Source: Mobula hypostoma
Lineage: Eukaryota
Reading direction: 5' to 3'
Length of the DNA stretch: 64,000 nt
Assembly: GCF_963921235.1 (NCBI RefSeq)
Contig: NC_086108.1
Location: 96,784,001 to 96,848,000 of the forward strand
Shown here: positions 11,638 to 22,900 of the stretch, piece after piece
How positions within the stretch are numbered: position 1 is the first letter of the stretch
Layout of the letters: the number at the start of each line of letters is the position of its first letter
Made by a program: the position numbers and the translations under genes
Notes under the pieces: model-generated
Told to the model about the DNA's origin: nothing
Seen by the model: only the letters and a program-made list of their open reading frames with translations
Databases searched by the model: none

Positions 11638-11740
11638 GAGTTCTGCTGAAGGGTTTCGGCCTGAAACGTCAACTGTACTCTTTTCCGTAGATACTTCCTG
11701 GCCTGCTGAATTCCTGCAGCATTTTGTGTGTGTTGCATAG
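11638..11740 (+). mobile_element. Solo PLE terminal fragment with variant hammerhead motif
   Basis: AGUU-CUGCUGA-A-GGG(UUUCGG)CCU-GAAA-CGUC-AACU followed by CTGGCCTGCTGAATTCCTGCAGCATTTTGTGTGTGTTGC. Confidence 0.75.
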
Positions 11741-11904
11741 GTAAAGGCACAGATTGTAGTCTGGTTCACTGTCTTTCACCAAGAGTAGCTTCAATTCACC
11801 ACCACTAAATGACACATAAAATTGCCGGAGAGGTAGTTGTCCTGAGGACTTGGATCTTTTTAGAATTTGGCAAAGGAAAACCAAGAAATTGATGAAACAA
11901 AATA

Positions 11905-12230
11905 GGCAAAAAAAAAGGCCAGAAGGATCTGGGGTGGGGGTGTGGGGTGTGGGAGAGGAAGTAGAGTGTGTAACGTTCATTTCAGAAGGTTGTAAAATGC
12001 TCTGAGGGATGATAGTTTTTTTTCAGTAATTCATGCTCAGTCTCATGAGCAGTAGTGGAGGGCCGCAGATGGACAGAATTGAATAAGAGTAGGATTGAAA
12101 TTAAAGTGGCATGCAACTGGAAGCTCAGGATTACCTCTCTGAGCTAAGTGCAGCTGCTCTGCAAAATGATCACCAACATGCATTTGGTTTCTCCAGTGTA
12201 GCAGGAGGGTGGGTATGAATTTGGCTTGAA
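11905..12230 (-). mobile_element. Decayed PLE GIY-YIG/3' region
   Basis: ORF 12043..12318 remnant GDHFAEQLH...PELPVACHFN matches the PLE endonuclease C-terminal pattern. Confidence 0.65.
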
Positions 12231-12339
12231 TTTTTGGGAGATATTTACTAAGATCACAGGCAAGATGAGATTGATCAACACGATTAGAACACATATGATT
12301 AGGTGTAATATTTGTCATGGTTTGAGAATTGGTTATTGA

Positions 12340-13125
12340 ACAGAAAGCAGAGTTTCAGTTATTAGAGCATTCTCAGGTTGGTAGGTTGTAACTGGTGAGG
12401 CACTGCAGGGATTAGTGGTTGGGCCCCAGTTTTCACAATTCATATCAATAATTTTTTGAGAGGATGAAATACCAAATAGTGGTTGTCTGCAGGACTGTAG
12501 TAAAGATGCTTTAAGATGATATGCACAAGCAGAATGAGTGGGCAAGAACATTGTACTTGGAATGTAACATGGAAAAATGTGAGCTTCTCCACTTTAATGT
12601 ATGTAACAGCAATGCAGAATATTCATTAAGTAGTGAGAATTTGAGCAATGTGGGTTTTCAAATGGACTTTTCAGATGTGCTTGAATTCTAGTTGCTGACG
12701 ATCAATGAAACAAGTAGCTAAAAGAGTAAGTGGTATCTTTGCCTTTTATTACAAAATAATTTGTATATAGGATCCTCCACAAGTTTGTTTTTGCTCCCGA
12801 TTCCAGAATATGCAGTCCTTTACTTTACAGTAGGAGTAAACAAGTCTTATAGCGCAATTCTGAATGGCCTTAGTGAGACTGCAACTAGAGAATTGTATAC
12901 AGTTTTGGTCTCTTTGTCTGAGAGGTATGTTCATGACATAGGGAATGTGACCAAAATTCATAATGTTCCAGGGAGGCTTGCTGTTGGAGAAGAGGTGGAG
13001 GAAACTAGAACAGAGTTCAGCTGCATTTTGAAGATGAGAGCAGATTTAATTCAGATAAGCAAAATGCGTAAAGGTTTGGCATAACATCTTGGGCCAAAGG
13101 GCCTATCTGCCGTACTGTTTTATGT
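12340..13125 (+). mobile_element. Old CR1 RT/3' fragment
   Basis: Decayed VTSGVPQG.VLGP.LFTI-like, LV.L.LE.C.QFWS-like and RMRADLI segments. Confidence 0.6.
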
Positions 13126-13304
13126 TTTGACAGGTGTTGCCACAAACATGTGTTCTGTTGCCTTGTTCCTCTGACTAAATATCCCCTCCCACCTTATGCC
13201 CCATCATAATCTGCTCCTTTAAGTCTTCTCTTATTCCACCCCTCTTTTTGTATATCTCCCCTTATTGATGCTCATATCTACGAGTTTAAGTGAGTATGAT
13301 GCAA

Positions 13305-14020
13305 GCATGCTTTCTTTCCCCACTGGGGTTGGGCGAAAATAAAACTAGAGGTCACTGGTTAAGGGAGAAAGGTGAAATATATAACGGAAACCCGGGGGAG
13401 ATCATCTTCACTCAGAGGGTAGTATGCTTTACTTTACTTTATTGTCGCCGAACAATTGATATTAGAGCATACAATCATCACAGCGATATTTGATTCTGTG
13501 CGTCGAGCTCCCTGGAGTACAAATCGATAGTAAATATTAAAATTGTAAATTATAAATCATAAATAGAAAATAAGGTAGTGCAAAAAAACCGAAAGGCAGG
13601 TCTGGATATTTGGAGGGTACGGCCCAGATCCAGGTCAGGATCCGTTCAGCAGTCTTATCACAGTTGGAAAGAAGCTGTTCCCAAATCTGGCCGTACGAGT
13701 CTTCAAGCTCCTGAGCCTTCTCCCGGAGGGAAGAGGGACGAAAAGTGTGTTGGCTGGGTGGGTCGTGTCTTTGATTATCCTGGCAGTTCTGCTCCGACAG
13801 CATGCGGTGTAAAGTGAGTCCGAGGACGGAAGATTGGTTTGTGGAACAAGCTGCCAGTGGAAGTGGTGGATGGGATATGACCGCAACATTTAAGAGAAGT
13901 TTTGTTAAGTACATGGATGGGAGGATGTAGAGCGATATGCTAGACTGGATAGGAAGGATAACAGTTTAGCATGGATTAAATGGGCCAAAGCGTTGCTTTT
14001 GTGCTGTAGTACTCTGACTA
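13305..14020 (+). mobile_element. CR1 3' end split by a nested LINE
   Basis: KTRGH...FTQRVV (13340-13425) resumes as WNKLP.EVV at about 13842, followed by a CR1 tail. Confidence 0.75.
13428..13840 (-). mobile_element. Rex/Babar-like LINE 3' fragment nested in CR1
   Basis: ORF 13635..13889 RIIKD.THPA..LF.PLPSGRRLRSLKTRT.RF.NSFFP.VIRLLN; AATAAAG(TAAAG)n tail. Confidence 0.8.
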
Positions 14021-14509
14021 TCCAATATTCCAAACATGGAGCCCTTTCACCTCCGAGTCATTGTGACCATAGAGTCTGATACTATTGTACAGCAGCAGTT
14101 AGTTACACCTTCCAAATTCCCAAGAACACAGAAAAAAATGAGAAGTATTTGGGTAGGCACGTTCTATGTGCTGTCCAAGTTCTGCACTATCCTGATATGA
14201 AAGTGTATCATGGCTACTTCATTGTTGCCAATTTTTAAATGCTGCATATCCTTACTATGGAAGTATCTATGCTAGGTAGATTCTGGTGTTTCAAGATTAA
14301 AGCCTTCTTCCAAATTAGGAATGGGTAATAAATGTTGATTTTACCAATATTTATGTTCCATATATATGAGTAAGCAGTTTGTGAATATTGGAATATGAAC
14401 TGGCTTTAATCTTCTTTGAAGCTCTGTATTTAATGAGTTCAAGGCTGATGTATAACTGGGAAGGACAAATGTTCCATCGCCTTTGGTTGTAAGGGGAAAA
14501 AGTTCTAAA

Positions 14510-15280
14510 TAAGGAAGGGTGGCTTCCTATCTATAATTGTTAACAAAGCCCTTGATCACATCTCGTGCTTCTGCTCTCAACCTCTGTAATATGGGGCAGG
14601 ACAAGGATGCCACCCTCAGCACTGTTAGCTTTAGGATTTAATAATTCATTTTCTGCAAAACCGTGCCCTTCAAAAATATTCCACCACCACTCACATCATC
14701 CCCTCTACTCCTCTTTCAGCATTTCTCTGGGACAGTTCCCTTCACAGCTCCTTGGTCCACTCATCTGTTCCTACTAACCGCATCACTTAGGACACTTTTC
14801 CTTGCAACTACAGGTGATGCATTATTTATCCTTTCATCTCCTCCCATCATCCAGGGATCTTTCCAGGTGAAGCAACAATTCACTTGAACTTGTAATTAAG
14901 TGTATTGCATTGCATGCACACAATATGACAGTCTCTGCATTGATCAATCTGAATTCAGATTTAGTGACTGCTTTGCATTGCACCTGCTTCAGTATTTGGG
15001 GTGACTCTGAGCTTCTGGTTGCTTGTCACTTTAATTCTTCGTCCCCACTCCCATTAAATCTGTGGCATCCTGTATTGTTATGATTAGGCAAGCTTGAGGA
15101 AAAGCACCCACCATTTTTCATCTGGGCATTTTACAACCATTTGTCTTCAATGTTGCATTCTTCATTTTCAGGGAACTTGGGAGATAGAGGCAGGAGGGGG
15201 ATAGGTGAAAGCAAACACAGGGATAGACCCAGATGGGGTTAATGAAGGTGATAAGCAGGGACACTAAAATTACAAGTGAT
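14510..15280 (+). mobile_element. Old PLE fragment (RT C-terminus / GIY-YIG) with inverted purine-rich end
   Basis: SFQVKQQFT, ELLVACHFNS and LEEKH..FHLG.LQP-like remnants. Confidence 0.6.
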
Positions 15281-15439
15281 GGAATCCATAGTCATCCTTT
15301 ATTTCTCTGAAGAGCTTAGCTGTTTTATTGGCTTCTAACCTAATTGGCCATTCTGTACACTGCATGATTTTTTTTGTCCATTATGCATCAAGTTTCAGTC
15401 ATCCATAAGATGTATATTTATTGGTCTCAGCTGAATGTT

Positions 15440-15792
15440 CACATCTCAACACTCTTGTTTAAAATTCTCATTCTTGCCTTCAAATCCCTTCATGTTTTAC
15501 CAACTTCTGTTGCCTTTCTAACACCTACAACCCAACGAGGATTTTGTTTCCCTTTGGTGTTAGCTGTTTGTGTATTATGCAATCCTCTTGTTCTGTCATT
15601 TGATGTTTTCTTAGCTATTTAGGCCCAAGCTTCAGAAAACACACTTGACATCTCCTCTTATAGGATCCTCCTGAAATTCATCATTTGACCAAAACGATCT
15701 CCTTTCGGCTTATGTTTTGGTTTGGTTCAGCATATGGATGGTGCCTTGGTAGTTATTCACGTAGAAAGTTCTGTATAGAAGCAAATTATTGC
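15440..15792 (+). mobile_element. L2-like LINE 3' end, old
   Basis: FKILILAFKSLH motif and an L2-like terminal region. Confidence 0.5.
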
Positions 15793-16124
15793 AGTTTCAC
15801 AGCTTGGGAACAGCTTGCTGCATTGCACTTCCCTAATTCTGTATGGTCTTAATTTTTATCATACTTTACTAGATACTGATAATTAAAAGTATAAAGGAAA
15901 GCAATTTTTTGCAGGCATTCTGATGACATGCAGCCCTCACTTATTATCATAGTCAAACTATCATTGAGGCAGTTTATGTCTTAACTGCTCTTCCATGTGG
16001 GTTCTGAACAGATTTGTATCTGATCAAAATGTCAGTTTATCATTCTTTTTATTCCATCTTCCTTGAAAGACAGGTTGATATTTCATTAGTTCTGCTGATA
16101 AACCTTTGTACGTATGCACTAGTG

Positions 16125-17694
16125 TAGTGGTTGCCAACCTTTTTAAGCCCAAGATCCCCTACCTCGGCCTTAGTGAAAGGCAAGATCGAGCTACTAAATC
16201 GTTTAGTCACACGCATGCGCACCAGGCAGAAAAGACCGGAAGTAAAACCCTGCAACCTGGAAACAACCTCTCTTTACAAACAGCTTTCCGTAGCAGGAGT
16301 ATTACTATATTACCATTATCTTAATTAGTATTACTTATTTTTATAATGCTCACGTTACAATACCTTTAATTCTATGTTTCATTATTTAATTTTATTTCAA
16401 CGCGAAAAATAAATGAATAAAAATTGACTGTTGCACTCAGTGTGATGACTGGGGCTGAATACTTTCTGCTAGTTTCCTGAAATTTGGCTCATAACTACAG
16501 ACAGCCAGTTTGAGACAGTCTGTGAGGTGTCTGTCAGTAAGACAGCTCCTGTACTTAGATTTCATAATTTTCATCTGTTGCAGCACAGTGCCCTCGCAAA
16601 CCTCCTGACAGACTGAATATTTGAATGGACAGTTTCCTTTGTTAGACTGAATGTTGAATCTGCCACATTTTTCAGGTGTCTTGTATTGGTAAGCTGTTAC
16701 TGAGACACTAGTATAAGTTTCAGAGGTACGCAAGATAATGACACCACTGTTTTTTTGTTTCCCAGTTATTTACATTTGGGGAAATATTGGAATTTAAAGG
16801 GGGAGAAGTGTTGTAATGTGAACATTATGAAGATAAGTTAACAGACATCCCACCCTGCAAAAACTCGTTTCACGGAGGTAGCACCATCAATTTGTGGGAG
16901 ACTCCCAGAACTTCCGGGAGAGGTGGGATGTCTGCAATAGAGTAGCTCCTTAGCAGCTAGCCAGCTAGTTTAAATAACGTTAGCTATGCTAATGAACGAA
17001 TGACACCTGTTAAACTCACCTCAACATGTCTTTTATAGTCTTAACCCACCATGGGCAATAGAAAAGTCACTGTTGCAAACAGTGCGGCGAGCAACACTGT
17101 CATTATTTTTGACCCCTAATGGGCAGGGGTAGACTTTAGTGTAGTCTGGGGTGACGTACGTTTTATATTTTCTTTTTTTGGAACATTCTGCCATGGCGCG
17201 CGTGTGCACTCTCGCTCGCTCTCAAAAATATCGATTTCTGGGATATTGTATATAATTTGCGGGCATCAGGGAGCCGCTATCAATATGGGGGAGACTCCCA
17301 GAGCCTCCGGGAGAGGTGGGATGTCTGAGTTAATACAAATTAGGATAATGGTAATATAGCAATACTCCTGCTACGGAAAGCTGTTTGTAAGGAGAAGTTG
17401 CTTCTGGGTTGCGGGATTTTACTTCTGGTCTTTCCTAAGGCGATGCAAGGCGGGGGAGCTATACACACATGCATACTGGGCAGAAAGAACGGAACTAAAA
17501 TCCCGCAACTGGGAAACAATCTCTCTTTACAAACAGCTTTCAGTAGCGGGAGTATTGCTATATCACCATCATTCTAATTAATATTACTTATTTTTATTAT
17601 GCTCACATTACAACAGTATTTGTATTTATTTTTCTTTTTTTTTGAGGGGATCTACTGGGAAAGTCTCAAAAGATCGACTGGTTGGCGACCACTA
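16125..17694 (-). mobile_element. Composite non-autonomous hAT element with GTF2IRD2/SPIN-like C-terminal remnant
   Basis: TIRs TAGTGGTTGCCAACC / GGTTGGCGACCACTA; left flank CACTAGTG, right flank CACTA (then interrupted by another repeat); minus-strand MKIMKSKYRSCLTD.HL.DCLKLAV.SYEPNF.KLA..IQPQSSH* at 16437-16580. Confidence 0.82.
16842..17327. mobile_element. Nested MITE-like cassette
   Basis: 13-bp TIR CAGACATCCCACC / GGTGGGATGTCTG; flanking direct repeat AGTTAA (16836-16841, 17328-17333); extra internal copy of the right end at about 16890-16934. Confidence 0.7.
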
Positions 17695-17699
17695 CACTA

Positions 17700-18320
17700 T
17701 GATTATGAAGACACGTAGTCCTCTTTTATTGTCATTTAGTAATGCATGTATTAAGAAATGATACATTATTTCCTCCGGTGTGATATCACAAAACGCAGGA
17801 CAAACTAAGACTGGAAAAAGCTGACAAAACCACATAATTATAATATATAGTTACAAACAGTGTAACAATGCCATAACTTGATGAAGAAGTCCGTGAGCAC
17901 AGTAAAGTTCAAAGTTTCTCAAATGTCCCACATCTCACGCAGACGGGAGAAGGAAGAAAAACTCTCTCTGCCATGCCGACCACAATCCGACTCTGAGTCA
18001 GCCGAAAACTTCGAGCTCTGATCAGCTCTCTGACACCAAGTATTGAGCGCCATCTCTGTCCGAACGATTCGACCTCCTCCTCGTCCCCAAAAGCAGGCAA
18101 GGCCGGGGATTTTGAGGCCTACCCTCCGAAAGATTCCCGACCACACAGTAATGACAGCAGCGGACGGGCGTTTCAGAAATTTCTCCAGATGTTCCTCTGT
18201 GCTTTCACATCCATTCTCCATCAAATCAGAATTGTCCATGGCCCCTGTTTAACAGATACAATATCATTTTTCACCGGAGGGCTGCGCACATGCGAGCGCG
18301 CTGCCATCTTCTCCTCCCGA
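17700..18320 (-). mobile_element. Short non-autonomous LINE derivative (5' end + 3' tail)
   Basis: The minus strand starts GGGAGGAGAAGATGGCAGCG (AAGATGGC-type LINE 5' motif) and ends AATAAAAGAGGACTACGTGTCTTCATAATC(ATA); no RT coding. Confidence 0.6.
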
Positions 18321-18794
18321 GAAGTGCCTTGTATATAAGGCACTTAAATCCCAGAAATCTTCATGAAACTTGTATTCATATTTTGTATTTTCCTTATCTA
18401 GTGCGGGTTAATTCACACTTCCCCACATGACTCTATCTGTCTCCAGTTTGTTTACTTAATTTGACAATGTTCCTACTTATCCACCTGCACAAAGTATAAT
18501 ACTTCCAATTTACTGGCATCATTGAGGTAGTATTTATTTTTGATTTTGGTCACTCACATAAGTAGTACAATCTGAAGCCCCTGACACACTTAAAATCTCT
18601 TCACATTAATTTCTGTCTCCTATCTTTCAAGCAGTTACCTATTTTATCCACAAGGTTCTTTTATTTTTATGGCATATTGTAAAGTGTTTAGTTAAATCAT
18701 ATTGTAAATTCCTTGAAATATAATTTGCAGTGACATAATTTACAGAATACTGTGTTTTAGTGTATTCTTTAATTTTGACCTGAGGAGAAAACGT

Positions 18795-19162
18795 GAAAGA
18801 AAGCTTGTATCTTATCATTCTTGATCTCAAGCCACCCTAAAGCATTTTGCAAGTGAGTGTAGTTACTGCTGTGAATTTAGAAATAGCAACAAATTTGTCT
18901 GCTTTGAACCCCACAGGCGGATTGTATTAATGATGCTACGTGAAGGATAAATAATGACTAAGGTGCCTGGGATAGTTTCCCTGCTCTTTCACAAAATATT
19001 GTAATTACATTGTGAGAGCAGATGCTTAATATTTTATTTGAAAGACACCACCTCAAAAAAGCATATTTTCCTCAGTGCTATCCCAGAGTGTCTAATTTTA
19101 TAGAGTGAAATTTGAGCCTGTAACATTGCGACACAAATGTACTATCAACTGGCTCAGCTGAC
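18795..19162 (-). mobile_element. SacSINE1/DeuSINE-like ancient SINE
   Basis: Colinear recalled landmarks: CCCTGCTCTT, GAAAGACACCACCTC, CCTCAGTGCTA..CAGAGTGTC, tRNA-like head and (TTTC)n-type tail. Confidence 0.65.
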
Positions 19163-19539
19163 CCATGAAAGCAATTGTACCAGTTCTGAGTTGGGGGCAT
19201 TTCTTTTGGCAATTTATTGGATTGCAAGTCTCAAAGTCACATCACTGGAGAATGCACCCTAACAGGTGTATGTAACAAGTAAATAATTAAAAGCATTTAT
19301 CTAGAAAAGGACTAGTCCTGTCTTATGGAAGAACTGTTGAAAACTTTAAACACTTCTGGTTTTGTTACTAGGTCAGTTGATGTTGCTTACTGTATTGATG
19401 TTCAAGTGCTATCTCTTGCCAAGTACTTCCTGTAGATGTTGATTTGATTCATCTTTCACACTTCGTCCTTTAAAACTTCCAGAGTCGATTATGGTATCTT
19501 AAAATTCTTTTGTGTTTAAGTATTCAAATAATTAAGAAA

Positions 19540-20265
19540 TCAAGGGTGCAAAGGGATTTGGGAGTCCTTCTGCAGCCTTCCCTAAACGTTATGTTGCAAG
19601 TTCATTCAGTAGGAAGGAAGGCAAATGCAATATTAGAATTCAGTTCCAAAAAACTAAAATATAAAAGTAAGTTTAGAATGCTGATGATTTACTGGTCATA
19701 CTGCATTTGCAGTAGCGGTTTTAAGCCCCATATCTAAAAAAAGATATGCTGGCATTGGAAAAATTCTAGTGGAGGTTAATGAGAATTATCCTGTGAATGA
19801 AAGAGTTAATGTATGAGAAATGTTTAATGGCTCTGGGCCTGTACTTGCTGGAATTTAGAAGAATGTTGGGAGGAGAGAAATCTCATGGAAACCTACTGAA
19901 TATTGAAGGGCCTAGATAGATGGATATGGCAAGGCTGAGAGGCTGTTTCCAATAGTTGAAGAGTCTAGGACCAAAGGGCACAGCCTCAGAATAGAAGGAA
20001 GTCACTTTAGAGCCGAGATGAGGAATTTCTTTAGCCAGAGGGTGGTGAATCTGTAGAATTCATTGCCACATTCTGCTGTGGATCCCAAGTCATTCAGTAT
20101 ATTTATAGCAGAAATTGATAGCTTCTTGATCAGGAAGGACATCAAAAGTTACAGTGAGAAGGCAGGAGAATGGGGTTGAGAGGAAAAATAAATCAGCCAG
20201 GATTAAGTGGCAGAACTGATTCGATAGGCCAAAGCTCTAATTCTGCTCTGATGTCTTATGGTCTT
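19540..20265 (+). mobile_element. Decayed CR1 3' portion
   Basis: VQRDLGVL...RKANA.L; ESRTKGHSLRIEG; FFSQRVVNL; CR1 tail CTAATTCTGCTCTGATGTCTTATGGTC. Confidence 0.85.
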
Positions 20266-20839
20266 TTGTAATCTTGTTTTCTTTAATGCCTCTGAACCTG
20301 ATTTTAGTGTACACTCTTGGTTGCTAACTTCCATAAATAAGATTATTTAAAACACCTTGACCTTTGTCCTAATTAATGCTGTGTCCTAACCAAATTACCT
20401 GATAGATCATCCCTCAAAAGTATCCTTTCCAAGCATTGCTGTCTTATCCTCCCTCATCAAAAATGTAACACCACCTAAAGCATGGGTATCATAATTAAAT
20501 TCATTTATTTAAAGGAATTTTATCTTGTATATAGCTGATGGGGTGGGGGGGGGGGGAGTGTAAATGTTTGCAGAGGGACCAAGAATTTGACTGTGGATTG
20601 GGCAGGCAACTAATTCTTAGAGATCAAGAGGGACTACTTGAGAAAGATATTTTTCAGTGTATCAGTACTTTCAGTATAAATTTTTAAATATATTAAGCTT
20701 TGTAGCAAGAAGTTGAAATAAAAGCCGTTGTGATTCTGATTATTAACATCAAATATAATTTAATTCGTACTTTGGAGAGGGAAGAAGAAAATGTATGTGT
20801 TTTAATGTGCTTAATGAAATGAGGAAACGAGACTGCAGA

Positions 20840-21052
20840 CAACACACACAATGCTGGGGGAACTCAGCATCTATGGAAAAGAGTAAGCAGTTGATGTGGT
20901 GGGCTGAGACTCTTCATCAGGACGTCCCAGTGAAGGGTCTTGGCCTGAAATATTGCTGTTACTCTTTTCCATAGATGCTGCCTGGCCTGCTGAGTTCTCC
21001 AGCGTTTTGTGTGTGTTTGGTTTTCCAGCATTTGCAGGTTTTCTTGTCTTAA
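20840..21052. mobile_element. PLE-derived fold-back mini-element nested in an older PLE-type repeat
   Basis: Palindrome centred on CAGGAC|GTCCCA (about 20923); 11-bp TSD GAGACTGCAGA (20829-20839, 21053-21063); both arms hold decayed hammerhead cores. Confidence 0.82.
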
Positions 21053-21803
21053 GAGACTGCAGATACTGGAATGCGAATCAACAAGCAATTTGCTGTAGGA
21101 ATGGAGCAGGTAAAGTAGCATCGGGGTACCCTGCAAGATTGGCTATCTCCCCACTTCACTCACTATCCTGATAGAAAACATCACCAATTCCTTCCACCCC
21201 CCCCCCCCCAACTCCTGCAGGTGCTGCTTGACCTGCTGAGTTGTTTGGTAGGATGTTTAATGTTGGGTAAACAACAAATCAAGTATTCTTGGCTTTGTAT
21301 TATTTAAAAAATCCCTACAAGTTAGTTTTCTTAACCTGTTTTCAGTCCTGTAAAATGCACTTTGGTAATTTTAAAGATTTAAAATTTTACATAGGAACTT
21401 GAACTATGTCTTAGTTTTTTTAAAACCCCATAAAATGAACTTAATGGCCTAAACAGGGCCTAACTTTAACTTTCCTCCATTGAAAATTGAGATTTTTTTT
21501 CAGATCTATTTTTGAGGTACTAGCTACTTCTTCAGACTTCATCTAAGTTCTTTAGTTCTATCTGAACTAGGAAAAAGGAGCTGGAAATTAGTGCACTGAG
21601 TTCCTGCAAGAGATCAGCTATGATTTAAACCAGTTGAAGGAATATATCTGGGAGAAAGAACCAAGTTTAGTGAGATACTAAAATGTCTTGGTTACAGGCA
21701 ATTCTTGCTTCATTTATGTTAATTCATCCTTTGAGACTCCACAGTTGACTTCCTAATAATTGGAGAAATGGAGTAAAATTTACTTTCATGGAAATTATGT
21801 GGA

Positions 21804-22810
21804 GTGCTTCTGCTTGGTACTGCGCAAGCACTGCTGGATGGCTGTTATAACGCGCAGTCGGTGTGAACAGCGTGGGAGTTAAATTGTAAAGTAAGCTTTT
21901 TTGACTAGATCCCTAAATTGATTTGATTGTCTATCTTTAAAAATATTAATGTCAGAAATACTGCGCAGGTCTGGTGGCAGAAGATTCTACTCTCTTGTTG
22001 ATCCTGGGTAGAGGGAGTACTGGTAGCAAATCTTATTGAATGAAGGAGTTTCCAATATGTGAGGTCCAGTTTGCTGTGGAGTTGAACTGACCCTGTGACG
22101 AATTTGGATGTTTGATGGAGTGATGTTGTGAACTTCTTTGAAAATGAAAACCGTAGTTTAATACGTCGGTTTTCAAGTGGTTCTCATTGAAGGTTAGAGA
22201 GCATGTTGGTGACACTGGATTTCCTGCTGTAGTCGTTTAACACAAAGCGAGCAGCGCGGTGTTGGATCTTTTCGATGGACTTATTGTTAGCTTGATGGGG
22301 ATCCCGTATGGCCGCGCAATACTCAAGCTTTGGATGGAAGAGTGTCTTGTATGCCATGTCCTTGACGGATTTACTACGAGTGGAGGTTTCTTCTCAGGAT
22401 ACCCAGCATTTTATTTGCTTTGGCTGTAATCTGATTGATGTGGCATGCCCAGTTAAGGTCCTTGCTAATTTCAACATCAAGATATGGGTGGTGGGTGACT
22501 GTTTCAAGAATCTGTCCATTCATGTTATATGTCGTGTTGATTGGTTTAACTTTGTGACCGACATGCATAGCATAACATTTAGATGAGTTGAAGGACATTT
22601 GCCATTGAGACTCCCATTGACATAATGAATCAATATCGTTTTGCAGCAGCTGAGCATCTTGGTCATTTTTTATCTCACGGTAGATTATGCAGTCATCTGC
22701 AAAAAGTCTGACATTGGACTTGACTATATTTGGGGAGTCATTGATGTAAATGAGAAAAAGTAAGGGTCCCAACACGGTCCCCTGGGGCACTCTGGGTGTT
22801 ACTGGAGATT
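21804..22810 (-). mobile_element. CR1-group LINE of a lineage distinct from the dominant CR1, 5'-truncated
   Basis: ORF 22374..22877 VPQGTVLGPLLFLIYIND..VRLFADDCIIYREI...W..HIN.ITAKANKMLG.LRRNL; 3' end GCGCAGTACCAAGCAGAAGCA. Confidence 0.82.
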
Positions 22811-22900
22811 CAGGGGACTCTGCCCCCTCAAGAAGCACACATTGCTGTGAGTGGGGTGGGGGAGCAAATAAATCCACACAAAATGTACTTCATTTAACCT

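Noticed and set aside
17919..18239. 106-aa ORF MDNSDLMENG...
   Set aside because: Lies wholly within a repeat; no recognisable domain.
20539..20557. G-runs as functional G-quadruplexes (also about 29828 and 43920)
   Set aside because: Simple homopolymer tracts are common in this sequence; no supporting context.
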